DNA of 36,797 nt from a virus (taxonomy: Duplodnaviria; Caudoviricetes), in IMG/VR virus record IMGVR_UViG_3300012987_000004, positions 1-36,797 of that record, one strand, 5' to 3'. A program made the position numbers and the translations under genes. The notes below the pieces were generated by a model. The model made no database searches. It was not told the DNA's origin and was given only the letters and a program-made list of their open reading frames with translations. Positions 27,222-35,299 of the stretch are shown in pieces; the stretch's first letter is position 1; each line of letters begins with the position of its first letter.

Positions 27222-27854
27222 ATGGCACTAATGGTTGTATCAAAACAATTCAAAGAAAGAAATCCGAATCTATTTCAGATGATGATAGATAAATATGGAG
27301 AGTTCAAGCAGATAGAAGAGAATGAGGCAAAAATAATATTCAGATTCAACGCGCCAGGTACAGAAGAAAACACCTATTATAATCAATGGTTTAATGAAAT
27401 TAGCCATGGAGTATACGCGATGGGAGGATTAATGGAGGACGATGAGGATGAAAAAAACCGCCGATGCATGTTAGAGCATATTGCACAAATTAATGAGGAT
27501 GTAAGATTACAAAAAGAGATAGGGAATAATGTTGGCTCCATTTCTGATGGATACCACACATTTGATGAACTTTACGCGCACCGGATCGGGTTATTTAGAG
27601 CGCTTTGCTGCTTTCTGCATTATAATGTGGTAAATCCAACGCCATACGTTTGGAAAGCAAAAAAACATCATGATGGCACCGAGTTTAATGGATGGTTTCT
27701 TGCTGGCATTGGAAGCGAACCGGGCAAACAAATAACATATCATATACCAATGCAAGAATGGGACACGTGGCCTGGGGAAGAATTTGATCAATCGCCTTAT
27801 GGATGGGATGGCCATACATCTGCTGACGTACTTGAAAGATTGAGAAGATTATGA
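27222..27854 (+). CDS. Conserved phage protein with a WDGH-motif domain
   Basis: SDGYHTFDELYAHR, HHDG, QITYH and WDGHTSADVLERL motifs. Confidence 0.75.
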   Translation: MALMVVSKQFKERNPNLFQMMIDKYGEFKQIEENEAKIIFRFNAPGTEENTYYNQWFNEISHGVYAMGGLMEDDEDEKNRRCMLEHIAQINEDVRLQKEIGNNVGSISDGYHTFDELYAHRIGLFRALCCFLHYNVVNPTPYVWKAKKHHDGTEFNGWFLAGIGSEPGKQITYHIPMQEWDTWPGEEFDQSPYGWDGHTSADVLERLRRL

Positions 27855-28048
27855 AGGAAGAATTAAATATACTTGATCGCCTTTTAAGGAGCAGATATTT
27901 CGTTTCCCATATTGTGGTTTATAAAATAGACGGGCATTTGATATGGTCTATGTTTGATAAACATTCTCAAATAAAATATCCAGATGGGCGTATTATAAAG
28001 GATAGATGGCCTTTACCTGCCTTTATCATAAAACCAAAGAAGAAATGA
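27851..28048 (+). CDS. Small hypothetical protein
   Basis: ATGA overlaps at both ends. Confidence 0.6.
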   Translation: MKEELNILDRLLRSRYFVSHIVVYKIDGHLIWSMFDKHSQIKYPDGRIIKDRWPLPAFIIKPKKK

Positions 28049-29625
28049 TCATGCAAGAGAACAACATGGAATCGGAACAAATATTCCCTCAAAATTTGCT
28101 TGATAAACTGACAGGCATTGCTGATACAATATCTCAATCTTCTGATATTTTTAAAATAGGCATAGGGATAACCACACATAACCGGCCAGAAGCATTTAAG
28201 AAATGCATAACGGCGATATTGGAATATTGTCCCTCATATTTTGGATGGTCAAACTTTGTCATAGTTGTAGTTGATGATGCCAGCGATTTTGAATATGTGC
28301 ATAGGGATTTTGTTACTTATAAGCACTTCAAAATGGATGTTCATAGATTTGATGTGAATGTAGGCATCGCCCGCGCAAAAAATAAAGCACTTGAAATGCT
28401 TTATAATGCCGGATGCGAACATTTCTTTCTTTTCGATGATGATACATATCCATTAGTGGATGATTGGTGGAAACCATACGTAGAAAGCCGGGAGCCGCAT
28501 TTGATGTACATTTTTGAGCATTTCGCCAATGCAAAAGGGCCAAACGATATGATTAAGATATACCAGGATGAGGAAATTTCCGCTTACTCCCATGTTAGAG
28601 GTTGCATGCTTTATTATAAACGCATTGTGCTGGATACTGTGGGTGGTATGGATATTGCTTTCGGTAAATGGGGGCATGAGCATGGGGACCTATCAAACCG
28701 TATTTATTCAGCGGGACTTACCAGATTCAGATATATGGATGTGGCTAATTCAAAAGGGATATTTTATGCAGCAGATGAACAGGAACATGGAAAATTTAAA
28801 AGCACCGTTCCGGGTCACCAACGAATTGATCTGCTAAATGCATCTAAAGCTATATATGAAGCGCAATATAATAAGCCATTTTATAGAGAATTCCGGGAAA
28901 AATCCGATTCGATACAAAGGGATGGTAAAAAGCCTTTATTCTTGACGGCTTACTTTACAACGCTGGATGATCCGCAGCGGCCAGGGCAGAAAAAGGAATT
29001 CTTCAGTCCCGATTTCGCTGCATATGCCGGTTCAATTGCATTGTATCATAGTCATTGCACTATATTGACAGATCATCATAGCGAAGTTTTATATGATAGA
29101 TGTAATTTAGTCCGGGTTCCTGTATGCGGAAATCCATATTTTCAGCGATGGATGAGCTACTACGAATATCTGATCAGGCATAAAGACTCAATTTCATGGA
29201 CATTCATGACGGATTGTACTGATGTTGAACTGCTGAAGATGCCAGAGCCGGAACGTGGTAAGATTTACGTAGGAGACGAACCAGATTTGATAGGCAAGTC
29301 AACATGGTTGCAATATCACCACAAGCACCCAAAGCTACAGACATTCTACAAAATTTACAGACTGAATCAAATGGTGAATGCCGGCATACTGGGCGGTTAT
29401 GTGGAAGATGTGCTGCCATTCATCCGGTCGATAATTGATACATATATACAAATGCTACATGAGTCTGCAACGAATAAGGTATTTGGTCCTGGCATGACCG
29501 ACATGGGGATATTCAATTATGTGGCTTATGCTCAGTTCGCAGATAAGATTAGCCATGGTAAGCATGTGAATACACGATTCAAGGCGAATGAGCGGAATGA
29601 CATTTCCTGGTTTAAACACAAATGA
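28045..29625 (+). CDS. Two-domain glycosyltransferase (GT2-like plus a second GT-A-like domain)
   Basis: Domain 1: IGITTHNR, VVVDDAS, GIARAKN, LFDDD, GGMDIAFGKWGHEH. Domain 2: MTDCTDV, VNAGILGG, DMGIFNY. Probable start 28045 (ATGA). Confidence 0.9.
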   Translation: MIMQENNMESEQIFPQNLLDKLTGIADTISQSSDIFKIGIGITTHNRPEAFKKCITAILEYCPSYFGWSNFVIVVVDDASDFEYVHRDFVTYKHFKMDVHRFDVNVGIARAKNKALEMLYNAGCEHFFLFDDDTYPLVDDWWKPYVESREPHLMYIFEHFANAKGPNDMIKIYQDEEISAYSHVRGCMLYYKRIVLDTVGGMDIAFGKWGHEHGDLSNRIYSAGLTRFRYMDVANSKGIFYAADEQEHGKFKSTVPGHQRIDLLNASKAIYEAQYNKPFYREFREKSDSIQRDGKKPLFLTAYFTTLDDPQRPGQKKEFFSPDFAAYAGSIALYHSHCTILTDHHSEVLYDRCNLVRVPVCGNPYFQRWMSYYEYLIRHKDSISWTFMTDCTDVELLKMPEPERGKIYVGDEPDLIGKSTWLQYHHKHPKLQTFYKIYRLNQMVNAGILGGYVEDVLPFIRSIIDTYIQMLHESATNKVFGPGMTDMGIFNYVAYAQFADKISHGKHVNTRFKANERNDISWFKHK

Positions 29626-29626
29626 T

Positions 29627-29965
29627 ATGTATGCAAAAGAGATATTAATAGAACAGACCGAAAAGGGGCTGTATTGGAGCAACCCGGTTTTGGTGACGCG
29701 CAATCACCGTAAGGATACAAAGGAACCTATTGGCAACGCGTGGATAATGGAGGTGGGGGGAAAGTATTATGCAGACATCAGCGAACTTACCATTGATCCT
29801 ACTGGTATGTACCCATCAATAGGATGGATTAGTCATTCGGATAATACCAATACCCCATCCGGTAAAATATTCGAGCTGTCTATTTGTGATGAGAAAAATG
29901 TAGATGATTTAATCCTGCCTATTGGGATGGGGAATGGAGAGGTAAAGGCGAAATCCTATATATGA
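29627..29965 (+). CDS. Small prohead-protease-like protein (divergent)
   Basis: NPVL..NH....PIG, PSIG and IFELSI mirror the HK97-type protease motif order. Confidence 0.45.
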   Translation: MYAKEILIEQTEKGLYWSNPVLVTRNHRKDTKEPIGNAWIMEVGGKYYADISELTIDPTGMYPSIGWISHSDNTNTPSGKIFELSICDEKNVDDLILPIGMGNGEVKAKSYI

Positions 29966-30168
29966 ATTACGAGCAAATGAAGCTGCAACCGCTGCCAATG
30001 CCAAAAGGATTGTCTGAAGTAGATCAGGAAGTTTGGAGACAATTGCCTGATCTTTGGGGGGATTGCGCTTCAACCAGGAGCCGAAAAAAGTATCAACGTG
30101 CCCGCATGCGGGATCAAATTATATCAAATGCCCAATCCAACACTGACACAGGAGCGCAGCCTTTATAA
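29962..30168 (+). CDS. Hypothetical protein
   Basis: 68 aa with ATGA coupling. Confidence 0.55.
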   Translation: MNYEQMKLQPLPMPKGLSEVDQEVWRQLPDLWGDCASTRSRKKYQRARMRDQIISNAQSNTDTGAQPL

Positions 30169-30967
30169 TCAGTTATCCAGGAAGCAGGCCAAACGAGAGG
30201 CCGCAGCAGAAACGCGTATCTTATATGCTATCCATCGGCAGATATCGCCTGTTCTGGATATTCTGCGTGAACGTGGGTATACGGCTGCCATAAACGCGGT
30301 TTCATCGATATCAAATTATCCAATTGAAGGCGTATTACGCGGCTTATATAGGGATTTCGGAACAGATTCAGCAAATGATACCTATGCATATATTCAGCGT
30401 TTTTGGGGTGATGAAATAAATGGACAAAAGGCGTTTGGATTCAATGCTATATGGTCCGCCATCATGAATGCTTTCTTTCAGATTTCAGGAGCCAGGAACG
30501 TGACGAGGATTACTGATTCTAACCGGGAACGGCTGCGCAGAGAACTTATCCAAGGGCAGAATGACGGGATAGATAACTACACGCTTGCCGAACGACTGCA
30601 AGGCCCTCAAATTTGGCGCGCTAGGGCAAAGCTGATAGCAAGGACTGAAACGGGGATAGCGTCCAGCTATGGGGCTGAGACGGGCGCAAAGCAGTCAGGC
30701 ATTCTTATGAATAAGAAATGGTTGTCTGCCCGTGATAAGAGAACCAGGAGAATTCCGCCCGATCAGACCGATCATTATGTAATGAATAACATCCAGGTGA
30801 CTATGAATGACTTCTTCATGGTACCAAGCGAATCAGGATTCAATATGATGTTGCGACCGCACGCAGAAGGGGCACCGGCGAATCAAGTGTGTAACTGTCG
30901 TTGCCGGGTAATCTATATCCCAGCAAGAGATGCCAGAGGACGAGTAATAAAAACTAATTCCCGATAA
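30128..30967 (+). CDS. Head morphogenesis protein (SPP1 gp7 / Mu gpF-like)
   Basis: RAKLIARTE, KKWLSARDKRTR...H and NCRC motifs. Confidence 0.9.
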   Translation: MPNPTLTQERSLYNQLSRKQAKREAAAETRILYAIHRQISPVLDILRERGYTAAINAVSSISNYPIEGVLRGLYRDFGTDSANDTYAYIQRFWGDEINGQKAFGFNAIWSAIMNAFFQISGARNVTRITDSNRERLRRELIQGQNDGIDNYTLAERLQGPQIWRARAKLIARTETGIASSYGAETGAKQSGILMNKKWLSARDKRTRRIPPDQTDHYVMNNIQVTMNDFFMVPSESGFNMMLRPHAEGAPANQVCNCRCRVIYIPARDARGRVIKTNSR

Positions 30968-30984
30968 ATCTTGCATGACAAACA

Positions 30985-31007
30985 GGGTGGTATTTCTATG
31001 CCGCCTT
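30985..31007 (+). terminator. Hairpin / terminator
   Basis: gggtggtat-ttct-atgccgcct. Confidence 0.55.
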
Positions 31008-31016
31008 AAAATTTAT

Positions 31017-31047
31017 TTGGCCGGTATCAAATTTGTCAGTATGTTTG
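31017..31047 (+). promoter_or_regulatory. Conserved phage promoter motif, copy 5
   Basis: ttggcc-ggtatcaaatttgtcagtatgtttg. Confidence 0.75.
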
Positions 31048-31121
31048 CATTAACAAAATGGAAAGAGCGAGTATCTGATGAAGCGCGGACTTATTCCATC
31101 ACCTACTAAAACAGTCAAATA

Positions 31122-31271
31122 ATGACTAAAGCTGAGTTATTGGAGGCAATAAAGCACATGCCAGATGATGCGGAAATATATGTTGGTCTTGACTATGATG
31201 ACATCTTAGACCCTCTGCAAATCGTGCATTGTTTCCAGGGAGAAAACGAAATACAATTATCAGCACGATAA
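31122..31271 (+). CDS. Small hypothetical protein (49 aa, not in ORF track)
   Basis: MTKAELLEAIKHMPDDAEIYV, a common phage small-protein start. Confidence 0.6.
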   Translation: MTKAELLEAIKHMPDDAEIYVGLDYDDILDPLQIVHCFQGENEIQLSAR

Positions 31272-31299
31272 ACGCTACCGGAAGCGATACCGGCGAATA

Positions 31300-31530
31300 A
31301 TGACGTACGAAGAAAGAGTAAATGCCGCTGCTAAAACATATGCAGATAGCTATAACTCATATGATGGCTATGAAGCTCCTAAAAACTATACCGAGTTTCA
31401 ATATGAGGGGAGGAAGGTCGTAGCCATGCAGGCAGCGGCGATAAGGGAAGTGCTCAATTGGGGAGACAAACATAAAGTTGATGAATATTTAAGAATAAAC
31501 GGGTACATCCCGGAAAAGGAGGAAGGGTAA
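31300..31530 (+). CDS. Hypothetical protein
   Basis: 76 aa ORF. Confidence 0.65.
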   Translation: MTYEERVNAAAKTYADSYNSYDGYEAPKNYTEFQYEGRKVVAMQAAAIREVLNWGDKHKVDEYLRINGYIPEKEEG

Positions 31531-31691
31531 TGGCTTATGAAATAAGTTGTCATTTCCACCATGGCATGTCATCAAAAGAAATGTTCTGGTATAGAAAGCA
31601 TAATCTGAATACAACAAACATCTTTTGGTATCCATGGGGATACGATGAACAAGGGCCGCGAAATGCATGCATTATTGTTCATTTAAATTAA
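31530..31691 (+). CDS. Small hypothetical protein (53 aa, not in ORF track)
   Basis: TAATG coupling; MAYEISCHFHHG... Confidence 0.5.
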   Translation: MAYEISCHFHHGMSSKEMFWYRKHNLNTTNIFWYPWGYDEQGPRNACIIVHLN

Positions 31692-31696
31692 ATCAT

Positions 31697-31864
31697 ATGC
31701 CACAGAAAGGACAGACAACAAAGCATGAGTGGGAATGCCTTGGCAATGGTATATGTAAGTGCAAAAATTGTCCTACATGGGCCGAAGAAAAAAGGGATAT
31801 GGTTATCTATAAGCAAGGGAGTAAACGCCCGGTTAAAAAAAGAACCACCATGCATCACCCGTAA
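31697..31864 (+). CDS. Zn-ribbon-like small protein, paralog of the next gene, apparently frameshifted near its 3' end
   Basis: HEW...CKNC; the EPPCITR motif is present but in the +1 frame after an A7 run. Confidence 0.55.
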   Translation: MPQKGQTTKHEWECLGNGICKCKNCPTWAEEKRDMVIYKQGSKRPVKKRTTMHHP

Positions 31865-31875
31865 AACACAAACAG

Positions 31876-32076
31876 ATGGAGACAGTACAACAACATGAGT
31901 GGGTATATACCCACACTGATATTTTTTCTCAGAAAATACATAAATGTATTCATTGTCAGTGGGTAAAGGTAATAGATATAGATGGCGATATTACTTATGA
32001 ATATCCTGGGCAGGTATATGCATTTTTTGACGAACCACCATGCATCACCAGAACAAAACAACAGAATAATATATAA
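31876..32076 (+). CDS. Zn-ribbon-like small protein
   Basis: HEW...CIHC...EPPCITR. Confidence 0.6.
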   Translation: METVQQHEWVYTHTDIFSQKIHKCIHCQWVKVIDIDGDITYEYPGQVYAFFDEPPCITRTKQQNNI

Positions 32077-32102
32077 GCATTTAATCAAAAGAACAATAAA
32101 AA

Positions 32103-32594
32103 ATGAAACAGACGATTACAATTATTTTTACATTTTTAGCACTCAATGTTTTTTCACAGGATTTACGATTTGCAACAAGCCTTACTCCCGCTACCGATTT
32201 TAACAACGCATTAACGGCACTGAGCATTGATTTCGGGTTCTATGGACAATCACGAATACATTCAGTTCAGGCAATTGTAGACATTGAATCAATCACGAAT
32301 CATGATTTGATTCAGTATGATAGATTAAATCTTGTCCCACGCCGGAGGAATGAAAAAGAGGTATTTATTCTTGGTTTGAAATATGCCTTTCGAGCATTCA
32401 AGGTGCATCATGTAGACTTCAGAGGAATTGCGGAACCATGGTATTCACCAACATTAAAACGCAGTTCTTTATATGCCGGATCAAGAATTGATTTCAATCA
32501 TAAAGGCGATATGATAGGGATTGAATTTGTAACTGATCCATTTGTAAGCCGATATTTACTGAGATTCGTTTTCACTGCCTTTAAGAAGAAATAA
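32103..32594 (+). CDS. Exported, probably outer-membrane beta-strand protein
   Basis: Signal peptide ending VFS-Q; alternating aromatic/hydrophobic strands. Confidence 0.55.
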   Translation: MKQTITIIFTFLALNVFSQDLRFATSLTPATDFNNALTALSIDFGFYGQSRIHSVQAIVDIESITNHDLIQYDRLNLVPRRRNEKEVFILGLKYAFRAFKVHHVDFRGIAEPWYSPTLKRSSLYAGSRIDFNHKGDMIGIEFVTDPFVSRYLLRFVFTAFKKK

Positions 32595-32627
32595 ACGTAC
32601 CGCAAACGATATTGCGGATGCATATAC

Positions 32628-32966
32628 ATGAGTACAATAGCTATTGATTCAAAATTCTCGGTTCGCACAGGTAATTTAATCCCGCTTGAATTGGCGTTCA
32701 AGATGATCGAGGCGCATAAGTCGGCGACGGTAAATGATCCGGAAGCGGTGCATTCAATTTTCTTTGGTAAAGAAAAGCTTCAGTTATTGCTCGATCATCC
32801 GGATGCTGCTGGCTTACGCTTCCATTTCGCAAAATATGAAGATGGCTCTGCAAAGCTGGTGATTTTCCCGGCTGATGAATATGGCGAGAATTTAACCGTG
32901 CATACCTTATCAGGTGTCGAGTCTGCACTAGATTGCGGTGTTCCTTGCCCTCCTTATTGTCCATGA
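32628..32966 (+). CDS. Bacteroidota-type conserved protein ending PCPPYCP
   Basis: FFGKEKLQLLL...GLRFHFA...LVIFPAD...PCPPYC pattern, recalled from Bacteroidota chromosomal hypothetical proteins. Confidence 0.7.
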   Translation: MSTIAIDSKFSVRTGNLIPLELAFKMIEAHKSATVNDPEAVHSIFFGKEKLQLLLDHPDAAGLRFHFAKYEDGSAKLVIFPADEYGENLTVHTLSGVESALDCGVPCPPYCP

Positions 32967-32973
32967 TTAAAAT

Positions 32974-33005
32974 ATCCGCAGTGTTTATACTTAAGCACTG
33001 CGGAT
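32974..33005 (+). terminator. Hairpin / terminator
   Basis: atccgcagtgttta...taagcactgcggat. Confidence 0.65.
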
Positions 33006-33018
33006 TAAATTGTATATT

Positions 33019-33186
33019 ATGAAATTGATAGATAGAAAAGAGATATTAGAAACAATAATAGGTGACAAAAACAATTGTCTGAATATTATTGATCTGCAAG
33101 CCGATATGATATGTGGATGGATGGAGGATGCGGGCTTTTTTGAGGAAACTATTACTCACTATTTAACCGCTAACGGATTAAAATAA
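33019..33186 (+). CDS. Small hypothetical protein (55 aa, not in ORF track)
   Basis: MKLIDRKEILETIIG...; fills the gap before 33188. Confidence 0.5.
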   Translation: MKLIDRKEILETIIGDKNNCLNIIDLQADMICGWMEDAGFFEETITHYLTANGLK

Positions 33187-33187
33187 G

Positions 33188-33760
33188 ATGATAAAAAAAA
33201 GAGGAAGAAAGCCGGAGATAAAGGCAGACGATTTAATCAAGGCAGGATATACTTACAAAATGGATATTCTGACAGACGAAGAGCGTGACGAATGGGTAAA
33301 CGGTAAAAAGGGCATTGACAGCCGGGGCAGGCCGGCGAGGTATGAAAGTGAAGATTTTGATTATTTCTTTAAGATACTGGAAAATGGCGCAGAGATTAGA
33401 ATTTATCACGCCATCAGGAAATTCTACTATAACAATGTACGCATCAAATATGCGGACAGCCTTCCACGATATGAAAAACATGCCTCTGAACAAACCCATT
33501 GGAATGATCTGCAATTAAAGGTAGAAGATACCGAACCGATTGACTTTGTGATGCCGGATACCATAAAGCCAGGACAACAAGTGATTGTGCTACAAGGCGG
33601 CCCATTGGACGGGAAGGAGCGCGTTTATTTGCCCATATTGAAATTCTACATGGAGCCTTATGACTTTAAGATCATTGAAGGTAGGCGCTCATCCATTTCT
33701 GCAAGATATATCCAGGATAAAGAAAACAAGCTAATTTATCATTTCGAAAAAATAATCTGA
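33188..33760 (+). CDS. Hypothetical protein
   Basis: 190 aa; GGPLDG motif near the C-terminus. Confidence 0.7.
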   Translation: MIKKRGRKPEIKADDLIKAGYTYKMDILTDEERDEWVNGKKGIDSRGRPARYESEDFDYFFKILENGAEIRIYHAIRKFYYNNVRIKYADSLPRYEKHASEQTHWNDLQLKVEDTEPIDFVMPDTIKPGQQVIVLQGGPLDGKERVYLPILKFYMEPYDFKIIEGRRSSISARYIQDKENKLIYHFEKII

Positions 33761-34386
33761 TGAAAAAAATACCATCACTCTTCATAAGGGATTATGAAGG
33801 ATATGGGACAAAAGTTCCTACTTATGGAGAAATAGAGCGTGTTATAAAAGGCTATAAAGGTAGATTCCTTGCCACCGAACAGGTAACGCCAGGATGCGAA
33901 TGGGTTATAAATGGCGAAGGCATAGCAACCCGTAAATGGGATGGCACAGCGGTATTATTTATGGATGGCAAATGGTTCAAACGATACGATGCAAAACATG
34001 GCAAAACGCCTCCCGATGATTTCTTTGAAGCTCAACCTGAACCAGACCATATTACCGGCCATTGGCCAGGATGGGTGCCCGTTGCTTTCAATACTTCCGC
34101 CGATATGTATATTACTGAGGCTATTGAATATTTTAACTCAATAAATGGGGAACGTATTTATCCAGGAACAACATTTGAAGCAATTGGCCCTAAAATAAAT
34201 GGGAATAAAGATGGATGGAAATATCATACATTAATGGAACACGGCAAATATACATGTAGTTGCCAATTTAGAGACTTTGAAGGAATCAAAAGAACGCTTG
34301 ATCTCCCTTGGGAAGGAATTGTATTCCATCATGAAGATGGCAGAATGTGCAAGGTTAAGCGTTCAGATTTCGGATTACCATGGTAA
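33760..34386 (+). CDS. ATP-dependent RNA-ligase-like nucleotidyltransferase (RLIG1/C12orf29-like)
   Basis: Motif I ATRKWDGT, TFEAIGPKINGN, motif IV EGIVFH, motif V KVKR, plus HWPGWVP. Confidence 0.75.
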   Translation: MKKIPSLFIRDYEGYGTKVPTYGEIERVIKGYKGRFLATEQVTPGCEWVINGEGIATRKWDGTAVLFMDGKWFKRYDAKHGKTPPDDFFEAQPEPDHITGHWPGWVPVAFNTSADMYITEAIEYFNSINGERIYPGTTFEAIGPKINGNKDGWKYHTLMEHGKYTCSCQFRDFEGIKRTLDLPWEGIVFHHEDGRMCKVKRSDFGLPW

Positions 34387-34410
34387 TTTTTGAATGTTCT
34401 CTATAAATGT

Positions 34411-34443
34411 AAAAGGGCCTGGATGAAAATCCGGCCCTTTTTT
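34411..34443 (+). terminator. Intrinsic terminator
   Basis: aaaagggcctggat-gaaa-atccggcccttt followed by ttt. Confidence 0.75.
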
Positions 34444-34444
34444 C

Positions 34445-34538
34445 GTAACCATTAATTGTATAAAAACTTATACCAAAAGTAAGAAATATAAACCAAAATT
34501 ATATATTTGCTGTATATTACGTGTGTAACCATTAATTG
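34445..34538 (+). promoter_or_regulatory. Protease/capsid operon promoter region flanked by 14-bp direct repeats
   Basis: GTAACCATTAATTG at 34445-34458 and 34525-34538, around TATATTTG (34502-34509). Confidence 0.6.
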
Positions 34539-34564
34539 CTGAGAACTGCAAATCCCGCAGATTC

Positions 34565-35290
34565 ATGAGGCAATACGCAATAAAATTAAATAACTCACTG
34601 GATTTCAATGTCAAAGATGTTGATACTAATGGCCGCGTGGTATCTTTATACGCCGCAGCTTTTGATAACATCGATAGGGATGGAGACGTAATTGTAAAAG
34701 GAGCATTCAAAAAGACGATAAAAGAACAGGGGCCCCAGGGTATAGATGAGATTTGGCATTTACTATATCATAACCCAGATATGCCAGTTTCAAAGGCATT
34801 TGAACTGACAGAGGACAATTACGGATTGCTTGCTAAGGTACGAATGCCTAATACCGATAGGGGCAATGATACGCTACAAATGTACTTAGATGGCCATTAC
34901 AAGCACCACTCCATAGGGTATCAAACAATCCGCAAACAAGATCGCCAACAATATAAAGAGCTACAAGAACTACGGCTATTTGAAAAATCGACTGTGCTAT
35001 GGGCCGCTAATCCTGCGGCGACTGTAGTTGATATAAAGTCCCTCCTAAAGGACTACTCCAAAGACCAACTACAAAAGGAAATTGAACTGACCATTAAGTC
35101 TTTCCGGTCAGCTAAATACACAGATGAGACATTTTCTTTACTTGAAATAAAGATGAAGCAATTAATTCAGGCGGTTTCCGAAACGTCTGACACTCCCGCC
35201 GATCCTATAAAGGAAACACCGGAGCCGTCCGAAAAAGGAGTCAGTGCTGAATATGCAAGGATGAAAATCAAATTATTAACAACATTGTAA
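34565..35290 (+). CDS. HK97-family prohead protease
   Basis: FDNIDRDGDVIVKGAF, LLYHN, HSIGY and LFEKSTVLWAANP motifs. Confidence 0.92.
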   Translation: MRQYAIKLNNSLDFNVKDVDTNGRVVSLYAAAFDNIDRDGDVIVKGAFKKTIKEQGPQGIDEIWHLLYHNPDMPVSKAFELTEDNYGLLAKVRMPNTDRGNDTLQMYLDGHYKHHSIGYQTIRKQDRQQYKELQELRLFEKSTVLWAANPAATVVDIKSLLKDYSKDQLQKEIELTIKSFRSAKYTDETFSLLEIKMKQLIQAVSETSDTPADPIKETPEPSEKGVSAEYARMKIKLLTTL

Positions 35291-35299
35291 TTATTTTAT

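Noticed and set aside
28045-29625. Glycosyltransferase as a DNA hypermodification enzyme
   Set aside because: No hydroxymethylase, TET/JBP, kinase or DNA polymerase genes accompany it. This role is disfavoured but not excluded.
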